A stretch of 64,000 nt of DNA, taken from a virus. Below the pieces are notes generated by a model. That model did not search any database, had not been told where the DNA came from, and saw only the letters and a list, made by a program, of their open reading frames with translations. A program made the position numbers and the translations under genes. The stretch covers positions 2,921 to 66,920 of the IMG/VR virus record IMGVR_UViG_2974529149_000001; one strand, given 5' to 3'. This document shows, one piece after another, positions 29,711 through 37,351 of this stretch; position 1 is the first letter of the stretch; every line of letters begins with the position of its first letter.

Positions 29711-29982
29711 TGTTGGCCGTCGCCCTGGCTGAAGAGCTGGGCGGGGGTTTTACGTGGTCTGATCTATCAGCAGGTGCATTGGTGGCGATCATCGTCATGC
29801 TCATCTTGCTGGGCAGGTTGGTGCCAAAGTCCTCGCTGGTCAAGGCTGAGAAGGAAGCGGAGTACTGGCGCGAGGCCGCCATGAAAGCTATTAACCAGAA
29901 CACGGAATTGATCAACGCAGCTCGATCTGGAACCCAGGTAGCAGCATACGTGCAGCAACTGGCGGAAGGGGCTGATTCCTAA
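29710..29982 (+). CDS. Membrane protein (lysis accessory)
   Basis: One TM segment followed by GRLVPK and a coiled coil. Confidence 0.7.
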   Translation: MLAVALAEELGGGFTWSDLSAGALVAIIVMLILLGRLVPKSSLVKAEKEAEYWREAAMKAINQNTELINAARSGTQVAAYVQQLAEGADS

Positions 29983-30176
29983 TGCACTGGTGGCCATGGG
30001 GGAGGGGCACTACTCGGGACGCTGAGGCCGGAGCCAGGGAGGCTCAAAGCCATATCAGCAGACTAGATGGCCAAGAAGGTGAAGTGAAGCGGCTGGCAGA
30101 ACTGGGTCGTAACCAGCAGCTTCATAATCACTTTGGCGAGGGAATTGAGCGTGCCATGAAACGGAGGTATGCGTGA
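29982..30176 (+). CDS. Small lysis-cassette protein
   Basis: MHWWPW...NHFGEGIERAM; coupled on both sides. Confidence 0.65.
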   Translation: MHWWPWGRGTTRDAEAGAREAQSHISRLDGQEGEVKRLAELGRNQQLHNHFGEGIERAMKRRYA

Positions 30177-30568
30177 AACAGGCTGCCATCAGCGCCTCAG
30201 CAACGACGGCAGTTGGCTCTTGTATTTATCTGGGAGTAGTGTATGGCCTGGGAGCCGATCCTGTATTTGCAGCCAACATTCTGCTGACCCTAATGTGCGG
30301 GTTCTCTTGGGTCTTTACTTTCTTGTATGGATTCAGATCACAATGGAACCTGACGGAGGCTGGGCGCACTCTCATGTACCTTTCCTTGTCATTCTCACTA
30401 GTCTTAACGCAGACCATGGCGTCCGTTTGGTCTCATTCGGAGTATCCCGCCAGGGAAATCGTCAGATTCATAGTCTACTTTGTCTTGGCCGCAGCCCTGC
30501 TCAATATGGTGCGCCGTGTCTTGATTGAGCAGGCTCTGGACGAGCAAGACAGGAACAACTTCAACTAA
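30173..30568 (+). CDS. Multi-TM membrane protein (holin-like)
   Basis: Three to four hydrophobic segments; YGFRSQW..TEAGRTLM motif. Confidence 0.7.
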   Translation: MKQAAISASATTAVGSCIYLGVVYGLGADPVFAANILLTLMCGFSWVFTFLYGFRSQWNLTEAGRTLMYLSLSFSLVLTQTMASVWSHSEYPAREIVRFIVYFVLAAALLNMVRRVLIEQALDEQDRNNFN

Positions 30569-30582
30569 ATATCGCACCAAGC

Positions 30583-30638
30583 GGGAGCCCGCTGGAGCGT
30601 GGGGAACTATCCCACCCTCTGGTGGGTTCCCCCTTTTT
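30583..30638 (+). terminator. Intrinsic terminator ending the late operon
   Basis: GGGAGCCCGCTGGAG-C-GTGGG / CCCAC-C-CTCTGGTGGGTTCCC stem followed by a T run. Confidence 0.75.
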
Positions 30639-30864
30639 ATCTGCGCGCCCGTCCAAAGGGAAACAGGAGGGAGTAATCCCTCCCTGATGGGTAGGGTTTC
30701 CCTTCCCATCTTTGATCGCCCGCAGGGCTTGGTGCGCGGCGGCGGTGGTAAAGGGGAATCGGGCATCGAACGTACGTTCGGATTACCCGGATCGTGCCCT
30801 ACGCGTATAGAGTCGGAATCGACCGAGGGCAGACGACCCCCGGCACGACCGATAGGACCCCGAA

Positions 30865-31305
30865 ATGCAGAACTACTCCGCCGACGCTATCCGTGCAGCC
30901 CTCGCAGACCTGCCCGAGGACGATACGGCCCGTGCCGCGATGCGAAAGGCCGCGAACCTGCCGACGGTCGCCCCGTCCGAAGTGCACGAATTGCACGCCG
31001 CCGCGTACTCCGCCCTTACCGGAATCGACGTCGACCCGAAAGTCGTGCAAATCGTCCTATCGCTGCACGGTGCCGTGCAGCGGTCGCAGCTTAACCGGGA
31101 CCGCTCGCAGTACCGGGGTCGCACCGTTGCATCGTTGCGCAAGGGTGCCGAGACGCTAGCCGAGAACCTTTCGACGGTTCCGGCAGAACTGCCGGGTGCA
31201 ATCGCAGCTCGCAACGCGGCCCCGGCCCCGGCCCCGGCCCCGGCCCCGGCCCCGGCCCCGGCCCCGACGAGCAAGGCACGCCGCAAGGCACCGGCCCCGA
31301 AGTAG
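30865..31305 (+). CDS. Hypothetical protein, paralog of 39946, with (AP)8 linker
   Basis: AGGA RBS; upstream TAGAGT; core aligns with the 39946 protein. Confidence 0.75.
   Translation: MQNYSADAIRAALADLPEDDTARAAMRKAANLPTVAPSEVHELHAAAYSALTGIDVDPKVVQIVLSLHGAVQRSQLNRDRSQYRGRTVASLRKGAETLAENLSTVPAELPGAIAARNAAPAPAPAPAPAPAPAPTSKARRKAPAPK
31219..31266 (+). repeat. (GCCCCG)8 perfect hexanucleotide tandem repeat
   Basis: Read directly; encodes Ala-Pro x8. Confidence 0.95.
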
Positions 31306-31312
31306 GGCAGGA

Positions 31313-31340
31313 CGGCCCCGACTCTTCGGAGTCGGGGCCG
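31313..31340 (+). terminator. Hairpin with C(UUCG)G tetraloop
   Basis: CGGCCCCGACTC-TTCG-GAGTCGGGGCCG, perfect 12-bp stem just after the stop codon. Confidence 0.75.
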
Positions 31341-31437
31341 CTTCACTATCGCGCGGCTGCGCACACCAAAAAAAATAATTCGGGGGAGAACCCAAAAAGG
31401 GTAGAAAGTTCTCCCACTGCGCACGAAAGGTACACCA

Positions 31438-31740
31438 ATGCCTAAGATCCACAGGGGTTCGCACGCACCATACGAGGCAGTCGTCGGCATCGTTGGACAC
31501 GGACTCGGCAAGCTCCACTACGCCTACCGCGACCAGTGCTACGGAGGCGAGGAACTCCAATTTCGGGTCCGCACTGCGAGGCATCGGTACTCTCCACTCG
31601 GAGACGGAAGTGCAAACTCTGAACTGCGGAAGCTAGGCATTACCGGACCAAAGCGCCCGGCGTGCCCGACCTGCTGGACCGAGGTCTCGATTACCAACGA
31701 TTGCGAGTGCAGCGATGCACTCCAGAAAGTAAGGGCGTAA
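31438..31740 (+). CDS. Hypothetical protein with C-terminal Zn ribbon
   Basis: GAAAGG RBS; CPTC...CEC. Confidence 0.7.
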   Translation: MPKIHRGSHAPYEAVVGIVGHGLGKLHYAYRDQCYGGEELQFRVRTARHRYSPLGDGSANSELRKLGITGPKRPACPTCWTEVSITNDCECSDALQKVRA

Positions 31741-31745
31741 CTCCA

Positions 31746-31946
31746 ATGCAAAACCATCCCGCTGATAAGCTTACCGACGGGTTCGCATGGACCCCGGCAG
31801 TGAAGGACTTCTGTACCGTCGACGCAACTCCAATCGACGACGGATGTGGAAAGAAGGCAACCGTAACCCACACCGATCCAGACGGGGCCGTCTCCTTCTG
31901 GTGCTACGACCACGCGCTCGAAGAAATCGCAAACCCGTCCAGCTGA
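31746..31946 (+). CDS. Small Cys/His protein
   Basis: C..C...CYDH pattern. Confidence 0.55.
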   Translation: MQNHPADKLTDGFAWTPAVKDFCTVDATPIDDGCGKKATVTHTDPDGAVSFWCYDHALEEIANPSS

Positions 31947-32094
31947 TACTGCCGTGGACCTCCTCGGGGGCATCGAACGCCTCATGGGAGTCTAGGCTAC
32001 CAAGCCGGGTGCTCGAACTTTCCATAAGAAAGTTCGAGCACCCTATTGGAAGTCTAGCGCAGAGCGCGCTATCCAAAGAGAAGAGGAAAGACCA

Positions 32095-32532
32095 ATGAGC
32101 AACCAAATGCCGATGCCCTACGAGGGTGATCTGAGGAACGTCGAGTGGGACCACGTTGGTCGTTCCGACTCCGAGACCTACGGGGTGGACGGCGCGATCA
32201 ACACGTCCACCGCAGGAGTCTTCATCACGCGAGAGGCACTGGATCGACTCGGTGAAATCCCGTCCAATGCCGGAGAGGCATTGGAGAAGCTCGCACGTAT
32301 CGGAACCGAATGGACCGAGCAGCCCGATGGAACGTGGGCACCAACCGGCGAGGCAGTCGTGGTCTCGGACTGGACGCCGGATGGAAAGTTCTACGAGTTC
32401 TCCACGATCTCCGACTTCTCCAGCTTTCGAGCCGTGTACTCGGTGGGGCACGACGCAATGGATGACGGAGTGACGATCCACGGGGACGGACTGCTCGATC
32501 TCGACGGAGAGCCGACCACCAACTTCGGCTGA
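32095..32532 (+). CDS. Hypothetical acidic protein
   Basis: GAGGAAAG RBS; phage-like codon usage. Confidence 0.7.
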   Translation: MSNQMPMPYEGDLRNVEWDHVGRSDSETYGVDGAINTSTAGVFITREALDRLGEIPSNAGEALEKLARIGTEWTEQPDGTWAPTGEAVVVSDWTPDGKFYEFSTISDFSSFRAVYSVGHDAMDDGVTIHGDGLLDLDGEPTTNFG

Positions 32533-32620
32533 ACCCAAAACTAGGTCGCTACCCTGATCCGTACCTACTAGGGTAGGATAAGGGTAGCGACCTGCTCGAC
32601 TCAACCAGTTAGGATACCAA

Positions 32621-32770
32621 ATGCCGTACGAACCTTCCGCCATCAGCCAGGGGCTTGGCATCTTTGCCTTCATCATCCTGGTCGTTATCGCTGGCTGGGC
32701 CTGGGAGAAGATCAGCAGTTACGTTCTCCAGACCAGGGGAAACCGAGAAAAGGATTGGTCAAGTGATTGA
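32621..32770 (+). CDS. Small single-TM protein (49 aa; not in ORF track)
   Basis: AGGA RBS; GLGIFAFIILVVIAGWAW. Confidence 0.55.
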   Translation: MPYEPSAISQGLGIFAFIILVVIAGWAWEKISSYVLQTRGNREKDWSSD

Positions 32771-32771
32771 A

Positions 32772-33041
32772 ATGAATGCACTGGACGAGCACGTTGAAGC
32801 GAGCGTGAAGTTCGTGAGGTTTTTGAACCGAGAGTTCAGCACGCTGAATGCCGAGGAGGAATCCACCGCAGCCGTGGACCTCGCGAACACCATTCGGCAC
32901 CGTCTCTCCAAGCACAACCAGTTCCTGTCCAGGAACCTCCAACTTCGGGACGTCACCATCTGCCTGCTGATGATGGGGCTGGACATGCCGGTGATCGACT
33001 TGCTGAGCAAGCAGACCTTGGAATACCTCCGGAAGCTCTAG
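32772..33041 (+). CDS. Hypothetical protein
   Basis: ATG start inside the track ORF 32655-33041. Confidence 0.55.
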   Translation: MNALDEHVEASVKFVRFLNREFSTLNAEEESTAAVDLANTIRHRLSKHNQFLSRNLQLRDVTICLLMMGLDMPVIDLLSKQTLEYLRKL

Positions 33042-33084
33042 CCTCCGGATCATCGCAGTACCCAACTAGAAAGTGAGAAACAGA

Positions 33085-33486
33085 ATGAAGAAGCGCATCA
33101 TTGGCGGAGCCCTGGGGGCCGTGGCAGCCTTCGTGGCAGCGGTTGCAGTCCAGGCAGCCCCGGCCCAAGCGGTGATCGTGGAAGAGTACGACCTGGTGAA
33201 GCATGTGAACTGCGCACCAGAGCACTTGCCCGTTGAGCTGGAGCGGACCAACCGCTATGGCAACGACGAACGTGACTTCGTCACCATCACCGGCCCGACC
33301 AAGATTCCGGGATGGAAGTGTGCCTCGTGGGAGTTCACCACGTACGACTCATTCGGCGGCCTGTCCAACTCGATCGAGTCCGATGGTCCTGGTCGGCTCT
33401 ACTGCGCCATCTGGGTGAACGGGCAGATGGTCTCGGAGAACGAGTCCTACGGTGGAACCTACGGGGACTACATCTATTGCATCTGA
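33085..33486 (+). CDS. Exported MmpS-like protein
   Basis: Signal peptide ending AQA; LYCAIWVNGQMVSEN...IYC resembles the MmpS-family C-terminal pattern. Confidence 0.6.
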   Translation: MKKRIIGGALGAVAAFVAAVAVQAAPAQAVIVEEYDLVKHVNCAPEHLPVELERTNRYGNDERDFVTITGPTKIPGWKCASWEFTTYDSFGGLSNSIESDGPGRLYCAIWVNGQMVSENESYGGTYGDYIYCI

Positions 33487-33537
33487 CCCCAATTGGGTCC
33501 GTTGAGTGCGCCTGGGACTAAGGGGTTGGTCCCAGGT

Positions 33538-33566
33538 TTCGCTCTGCGAACCTACTAGGGTAGATT
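33538..33566 (+). promoter_or_regulatory. Putative SigA-type promoter TTCGCT-N17-TAGATT
   Basis: 17-nt spacer containing CCTACTAGG palindrome. Confidence 0.5.
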
Positions 33567-33613
33567 CGAGTCGAGAGCAGGAGAGCCCTGCTCCAGATTG
33601 GTAAGGATAGGGA

Positions 33614-33883
33614 ATGCATATTCCAGAGCAGTTTGAGGAGTGCCGAATCTACGGCCACGCATGGAAGACTCACGCCATCGGATTCCACCGTGGGTGGATC
33701 GAGGAAGAGTTGGAGTGCATTCGGTGCGCCACCAAGAAGGTCAGCAACCTCCAGCGCAAGACCGGCTTGGTCTTGAAGGTCCGGTACATCTACCCGGCCA
33801 ATTACGTCCAGAAGGGCGAGAAGTTCGGGCGTCTGGAACGTGGCGCTCTCCGTGTCCGCCACATCAAGGCAAGGGGCAACTGA
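33614..33883 (+). CDS. Small Cys/His protein
   Basis: CRIYGHAW...CIRC. Confidence 0.7.
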   Translation: MHIPEQFEECRIYGHAWKTHAIGFHRGWIEEELECIRCATKKVSNLQRKTGLVLKVRYIYPANYVQKGEKFGRLERGALRVRHIKARGN

Positions 33884-33884
33884 G

Positions 33885-34745
33885 ATGGCGATCAAGTGCG
33901 GCAACTGCAAGCAGTACCACGACACCGTGGCTGATGTGAAGGCGTGCCATTTTGGCGACGGGATGCTCGCTGATGTGGAAGAGGAGAACAACGCCATCGA
34001 GGCCCACCAGCTGGGCATGGCTTACGCGCATGAAGTCGCTGAAGACCCGTGGGCAGCCGAACCTGAGGCTCGACGGGTGAACCCGTACGGCATCAACGCC
34101 GTTCAGGAATCCGGTGAAGGGTTCCTCACCGGGCGCAAGGCCCAGAAGGTCTACCTCAACGTGCCTTTCGTTGAGAAGGATCGAGCCAAGACCGAGTTCG
34201 GTGCCAAGTGGGACTCCAAGGAGAAGAAGTGGTGGGTCTACGATGATGCCGACTTCGACTCCATGCCGGACAAGTGGTACCTGGCCTCTGGAAGCGACTC
34301 GGCTCTGGCTGATCGGCACGTTGCCTCTGCCAACTCCCGACCGTTCAACACGATCAACGAAGATGGATTCTATCGGGTGAAGGATAAGTTCGTTGGTGTG
34401 CTTGAGGCCGAGTTCATCAAGGTCCAGATGAATCGCGAAGGCTCCAGACTCTACGCCAAGCGTCTCAACAAGAACTACCCTGAGAAGCTGGAGCTGGAGC
34501 CCAACCCGAAGAATGCCATCTCCCTGTGGTGCGCCCAGAATGGAATGGGCAGGCCCATCGAGTGGGAGTTCATCAGCGGGCTCTACTCCAATACAGGTGC
34601 CCACATGGTTGAGAAACTGAGCTTGGAGGAAGGCGAGGCATTTGGACGCCTGTATGGGGTCTGCATGAAATGCGGAGCGTTCCTCACCAACGAAGAGTCC
34701 ATCGAACGGGGCATGGGCCCCATCTGCGCAGGAAAGTGGAACTGA
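33885..34745 (+). CDS. DUF5710-like plus DUF6011-like Zn-finger protein
   Basis: YLNVPFVEKDRAK..GAKWD..KKWW; CMKCGAFLTNEESIERGMGPICA. Confidence 0.7.
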   Translation: MAIKCGNCKQYHDTVADVKACHFGDGMLADVEEENNAIEAHQLGMAYAHEVAEDPWAAEPEARRVNPYGINAVQESGEGFLTGRKAQKVYLNVPFVEKDRAKTEFGAKWDSKEKKWWVYDDADFDSMPDKWYLASGSDSALADRHVASANSRPFNTINEDGFYRVKDKFVGVLEAEFIKVQMNREGSRLYAKRLNKNYPEKLELEPNPKNAISLWCAQNGMGRPIEWEFISGLYSNTGAHMVEKLSLEEGEAFGRLYGVCMKCGAFLTNEESIERGMGPICAGKWN

Positions 34746-34746
34746 A

Positions 34747-35058
34747 ATGAACATCAACGCACTTCACCCCGATTACCGACCGCCCAACAACGAGGCTGTC
34801 CACACCATCCGTGTCTTCACCCCTGGGGGCCTTGAGGCCCTGAGGTTGGAGAGCGACTTCCCTTCGACCGACCCCCTGGTCCGATCATTCAACGGGGTGG
34901 TCAAGGAGTGGGGATGGAATCTCCACCCCGAGTTCGCCGAAGCGTTGGAGGATGGCCTTCGCGGCTTCTCCATCAAGTCGTGGCCCATCGGCACGCCCAC
35001 ACAGTGGGCCAATGGTCATCTTGGCACTGTTCAATTCGTTCGGAAGTCGGCAGTCTGA
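34747..35058 (+). CDS. Hypothetical protein
   Basis: Tightly packed ORF. Confidence 0.6.
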   Translation: MNINALHPDYRPPNNEAVHTIRVFTPGGLEALRLESDFPSTDPLVRSFNGVVKEWGWNLHPEFAEALEDGLRGFSIKSWPIGTPTQWANGHLGTVQFVRKSAV

Positions 35059-35471
35059 TGACCAAGAAGCGCAATGGCGGAGGCGTCTGGTACATCGGAC
35101 GACCGGAGTCTGGCAAGATGACCGGGTTCACACAGAGCGAGGAGCACGCGCTGAAGACCGAGAATGGTACGCCGGTATTGGCGCCGGGTGATGTTCGCCG
35201 CGTCTGGGATGCCGAGTATGCCCGTATCAAGGCTCGTCGGGAGCGCATCTGGGAGATGCTGCTGGACACGATGGAGGAGAAGTACGAGCTGGCAGAGAAG
35301 TCCGGCACCATGCCGGACGACCAGAAGATCGTGGACGCCCGAATCGACGCCTTCCAGTGCGCCCTGGCAGTCCTGGAGCTACCCTTTGGCAAGTACGACC
35401 AGGACCCCACTGCCGCCATCCAGACCATCGAAAACAAGGCCATCCAGAAGTACGAAGCGGAGGCCGAGTGA
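35058..35471 (+). CDS. Hypothetical protein
   Basis: TGATG coupling; helical character. Confidence 0.65.
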   Translation: MTKKRNGGGVWYIGRPESGKMTGFTQSEEHALKTENGTPVLAPGDVRRVWDAEYARIKARRERIWEMLLDTMEEKYELAEKSGTMPDDQKIVDARIDAFQCALAVLELPFGKYDQDPTAAIQTIENKAIQKYEAEAE

Positions 35472-35668
35472 TGTCCAAGATGGAGAAGAAGTTCACCTAC
35501 AGTCACCTGGACAAGGACGAGCTTCCAGCCCCGAAGACCCCCGAAGAGCGATGCTACCATTATCGGTGGCTCGATCAGCACTTTGGGACCGACACCGACT
35601 CCCCGCTCCATCACAACCACCGCTGCACCCTCTGTGGCGAGAAGAGAAGAAAGGCCAGGAATGGGTAA
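35471..35668 (+). CDS. Small Cys/His protein
   Basis: GGAGG RBS; CYH...CTLCG. Confidence 0.6.
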   Translation: MSKMEKKFTYSHLDKDELPAPKTPEERCYHYRWLDQHFGTDTDSPLHHNHRCTLCGEKRRKARNG

Positions 35669-35918
35669 CATCACCAATGAGGTATCGCTGACCTGCGATG
35701 GACCTCGATGCCACGAGAAGATCATTTGGGACGGTGACATCAGTGGTCCGGATGATCTCTACTCCGATTGGCTGTCAAGCCAGATGCGGAAGTCCGCCAT
35801 CGAGAATGGTTGGTACATCGTGGACCAGGAGATTCTGATGGAGGACGGGTGCTACTACGCCTTCCACAACGTGGCATGTCTGAAGCGGTACTTCAGAGAG
35901 CACGCGAAAACCCGCTGA
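35661..35918 (+). CDS. Small Cys/His protein
   Basis: CDGPRC...FHNVAC. Confidence 0.6.
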   Translation: MGNITNEVSLTCDGPRCHEKIIWDGDISGPDDLYSDWLSSQMRKSAIENGWYIVDQEILMEDGCYYAFHNVACLKRYFREHAKTR

Positions 35919-35928
35919 CCCCAAAGGG

Positions 35929-35957
35929 TTGCGTTACCTTCCCTAGTAGGGTAGGAT
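35929..35957 (+). promoter_or_regulatory. SigA-type promoter TTGCGT-N17-TAGGAT
   Basis: Same -35 hexamer and spacing as 39858-39886. Confidence 0.7.
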
Positions 35958-36013
35958 GACGGTAGACCGAGGGAGAGTCCCTTGGCACCAACCGAGCACC
36001 GAAAGGGCACACC

Positions 36014-36493
36014 ATGACCGATACCATCACACGCGAGTTCCAGATCGGCGACTACGTTCGCATCACCAGCGACCACATCGCCGAGGTGCTGGAAGTGCCG
36101 CAGGCAAGCCATGCAGGCCAGGTGGGGCAGATCACTGAGCTGGCAATGCCGGGGCCGATCCCGATTGTCCAGTTCTCGCATATCGGTGGCGAGTACAGCT
36201 TCAGCCCCAACGAGTTGCAGTTCATCGGACGACCGCTCTACATGGTGGCCCGTGACATCATTGCCTGCTGGAAGAAGAAGCGCCCCAGCGATTCGACCAT
36301 CGCTTACGCTGGTCCGTACGTCGAGGCTATCGCTGGAATGCGCAAGCCGTCTGACTCGTACGGCCTGGAGAGCGGCGACATGATCATCGCCTACCTGCTG
36401 AACAACCTCCGCAACTGGCGGGGTGAGGATGCCCGACGCATCAAGGCCGAGCTGAACCGTGCGCTGGACGCCTACCGGGACGGCTGGCGATGA
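36014..36493 (+). CDS. Hypothetical protein, SH3-like N-terminus
   Basis: GAAAGG RBS; FQIGDYVRI; C-terminal WRGEDARRIKAEL. Confidence 0.75.
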   Translation: MTDTITREFQIGDYVRITSDHIAEVLEVPQASHAGQVGQITELAMPGPIPIVQFSHIGGEYSFSPNELQFIGRPLYMVARDIIACWKKKRPSDSTIAYAGPYVEAIAGMRKPSDSYGLESGDMIIAYLLNNLRNWRGEDARRIKAELNRALDAYRDGWR

Positions 36494-36612
36494 GCGACGG
36501 GTGGATGGACGACTTCTTGGAGGCCGCGTACGAGGATGCCAATGGTGGACTCGTGGACACCTCTCGTGAGTACGATGACGAAGACATTTGGGACTGGGAG
36601 GGCGACGAATGA
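36490..36612 (+). CDS. Very acidic 40-aa peptide (not in ORF track)
   Basis: ATGA overlaps at both ends; MSDGWMDDFLEAAYEDANGG... Confidence 0.55.
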   Translation: MSDGWMDDFLEAAYEDANGGLVDTSREYDDEDIWDWEGDE

Positions 36613-37202
36613 GCGGGATGGACAAGGCGCAGGCATTCGCCGCTGAGGCCCAAGCCAACGGTTGGACCACGAAGATCGAAACCAAGAACGGTGACGAGAC
36701 TCATGTGGAGGCCGAGCGCAAGGGTGAACGCATCACGATCTGGTGGCGGGGCAACTCGCTGATTGAGACGCCGTTCCACCACTTCATGGGGCAGGTCAAG
36801 TCGCTCCATAACAAGGCGACGGCTACCCGCCAGCTCTCGATGAAGCCGAACCCCAAGGGGTTCCGTGGACCGAAGATGGGCGCGAGGTTTGTGGACCTCA
36901 AGCTCACCGAGGAGGGTGGTCTGCCGGAAGAAGTGGACCTTGAGTCCATCCGGTACCCGCTGCCCTTCGATCCGAAGGAGTCCACGGACGGGGAGATTCT
37001 GAAAGAGATTCGTGGCTCCACGATCATCTTCGTCAACCGGATCAGCGGCAAGGGCGAAAGCGTCCACGTGGCCCGTTCGCTGAACATGAAGCCAGATAAC
37101 TTCTATCTGGAGGAGTCGACTGAAGGGAAGCTCTACGTCACCTTCCTCTCAGCGACCGGCTTCAGGTCTGTCTACATCGACTCCATCCTGAGGATCATGT
37201 AG
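36609..37202 (+). CDS. Hypothetical protein
   Basis: GGAGG RBS; strong codon bias. Confidence 0.75.
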   Translation: MSGMDKAQAFAAEAQANGWTTKIETKNGDETHVEAERKGERITIWWRGNSLIETPFHHFMGQVKSLHNKATATRQLSMKPNPKGFRGPKMGARFVDLKLTEEGGLPEEVDLESIRYPLPFDPKESTDGEILKEIRGSTIIFVNRISGKGESVHVARSLNMKPDNFYLEESTEGKLYVTFLSATGFRSVYIDSILRIM

Positions 37203-37351
37203 TGAAGTTCACCCGATGCACCGAGTGCGGTGGGTCCTGTGATCCTGTCTTTGACATGGTTACGGTACCCGCCGCGTTTGGTGAAGTAGAGATTCCAATG
37301 TGCTGCGATTGTTACGAGGAGGTGTATGGTGAAGCGGGTAGTGAGGACTGA
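37202..37351 (+). CDS. Small Zn-finger protein (49 aa; not in ORF track)
   Basis: GAGG RBS, GTG start; CTECG...CCDC. Confidence 0.5.
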   Translation: MKFTRCTECGGSCDPVFDMVTVPAAFGEVEIPMCCDCYEEVYGEAGSED

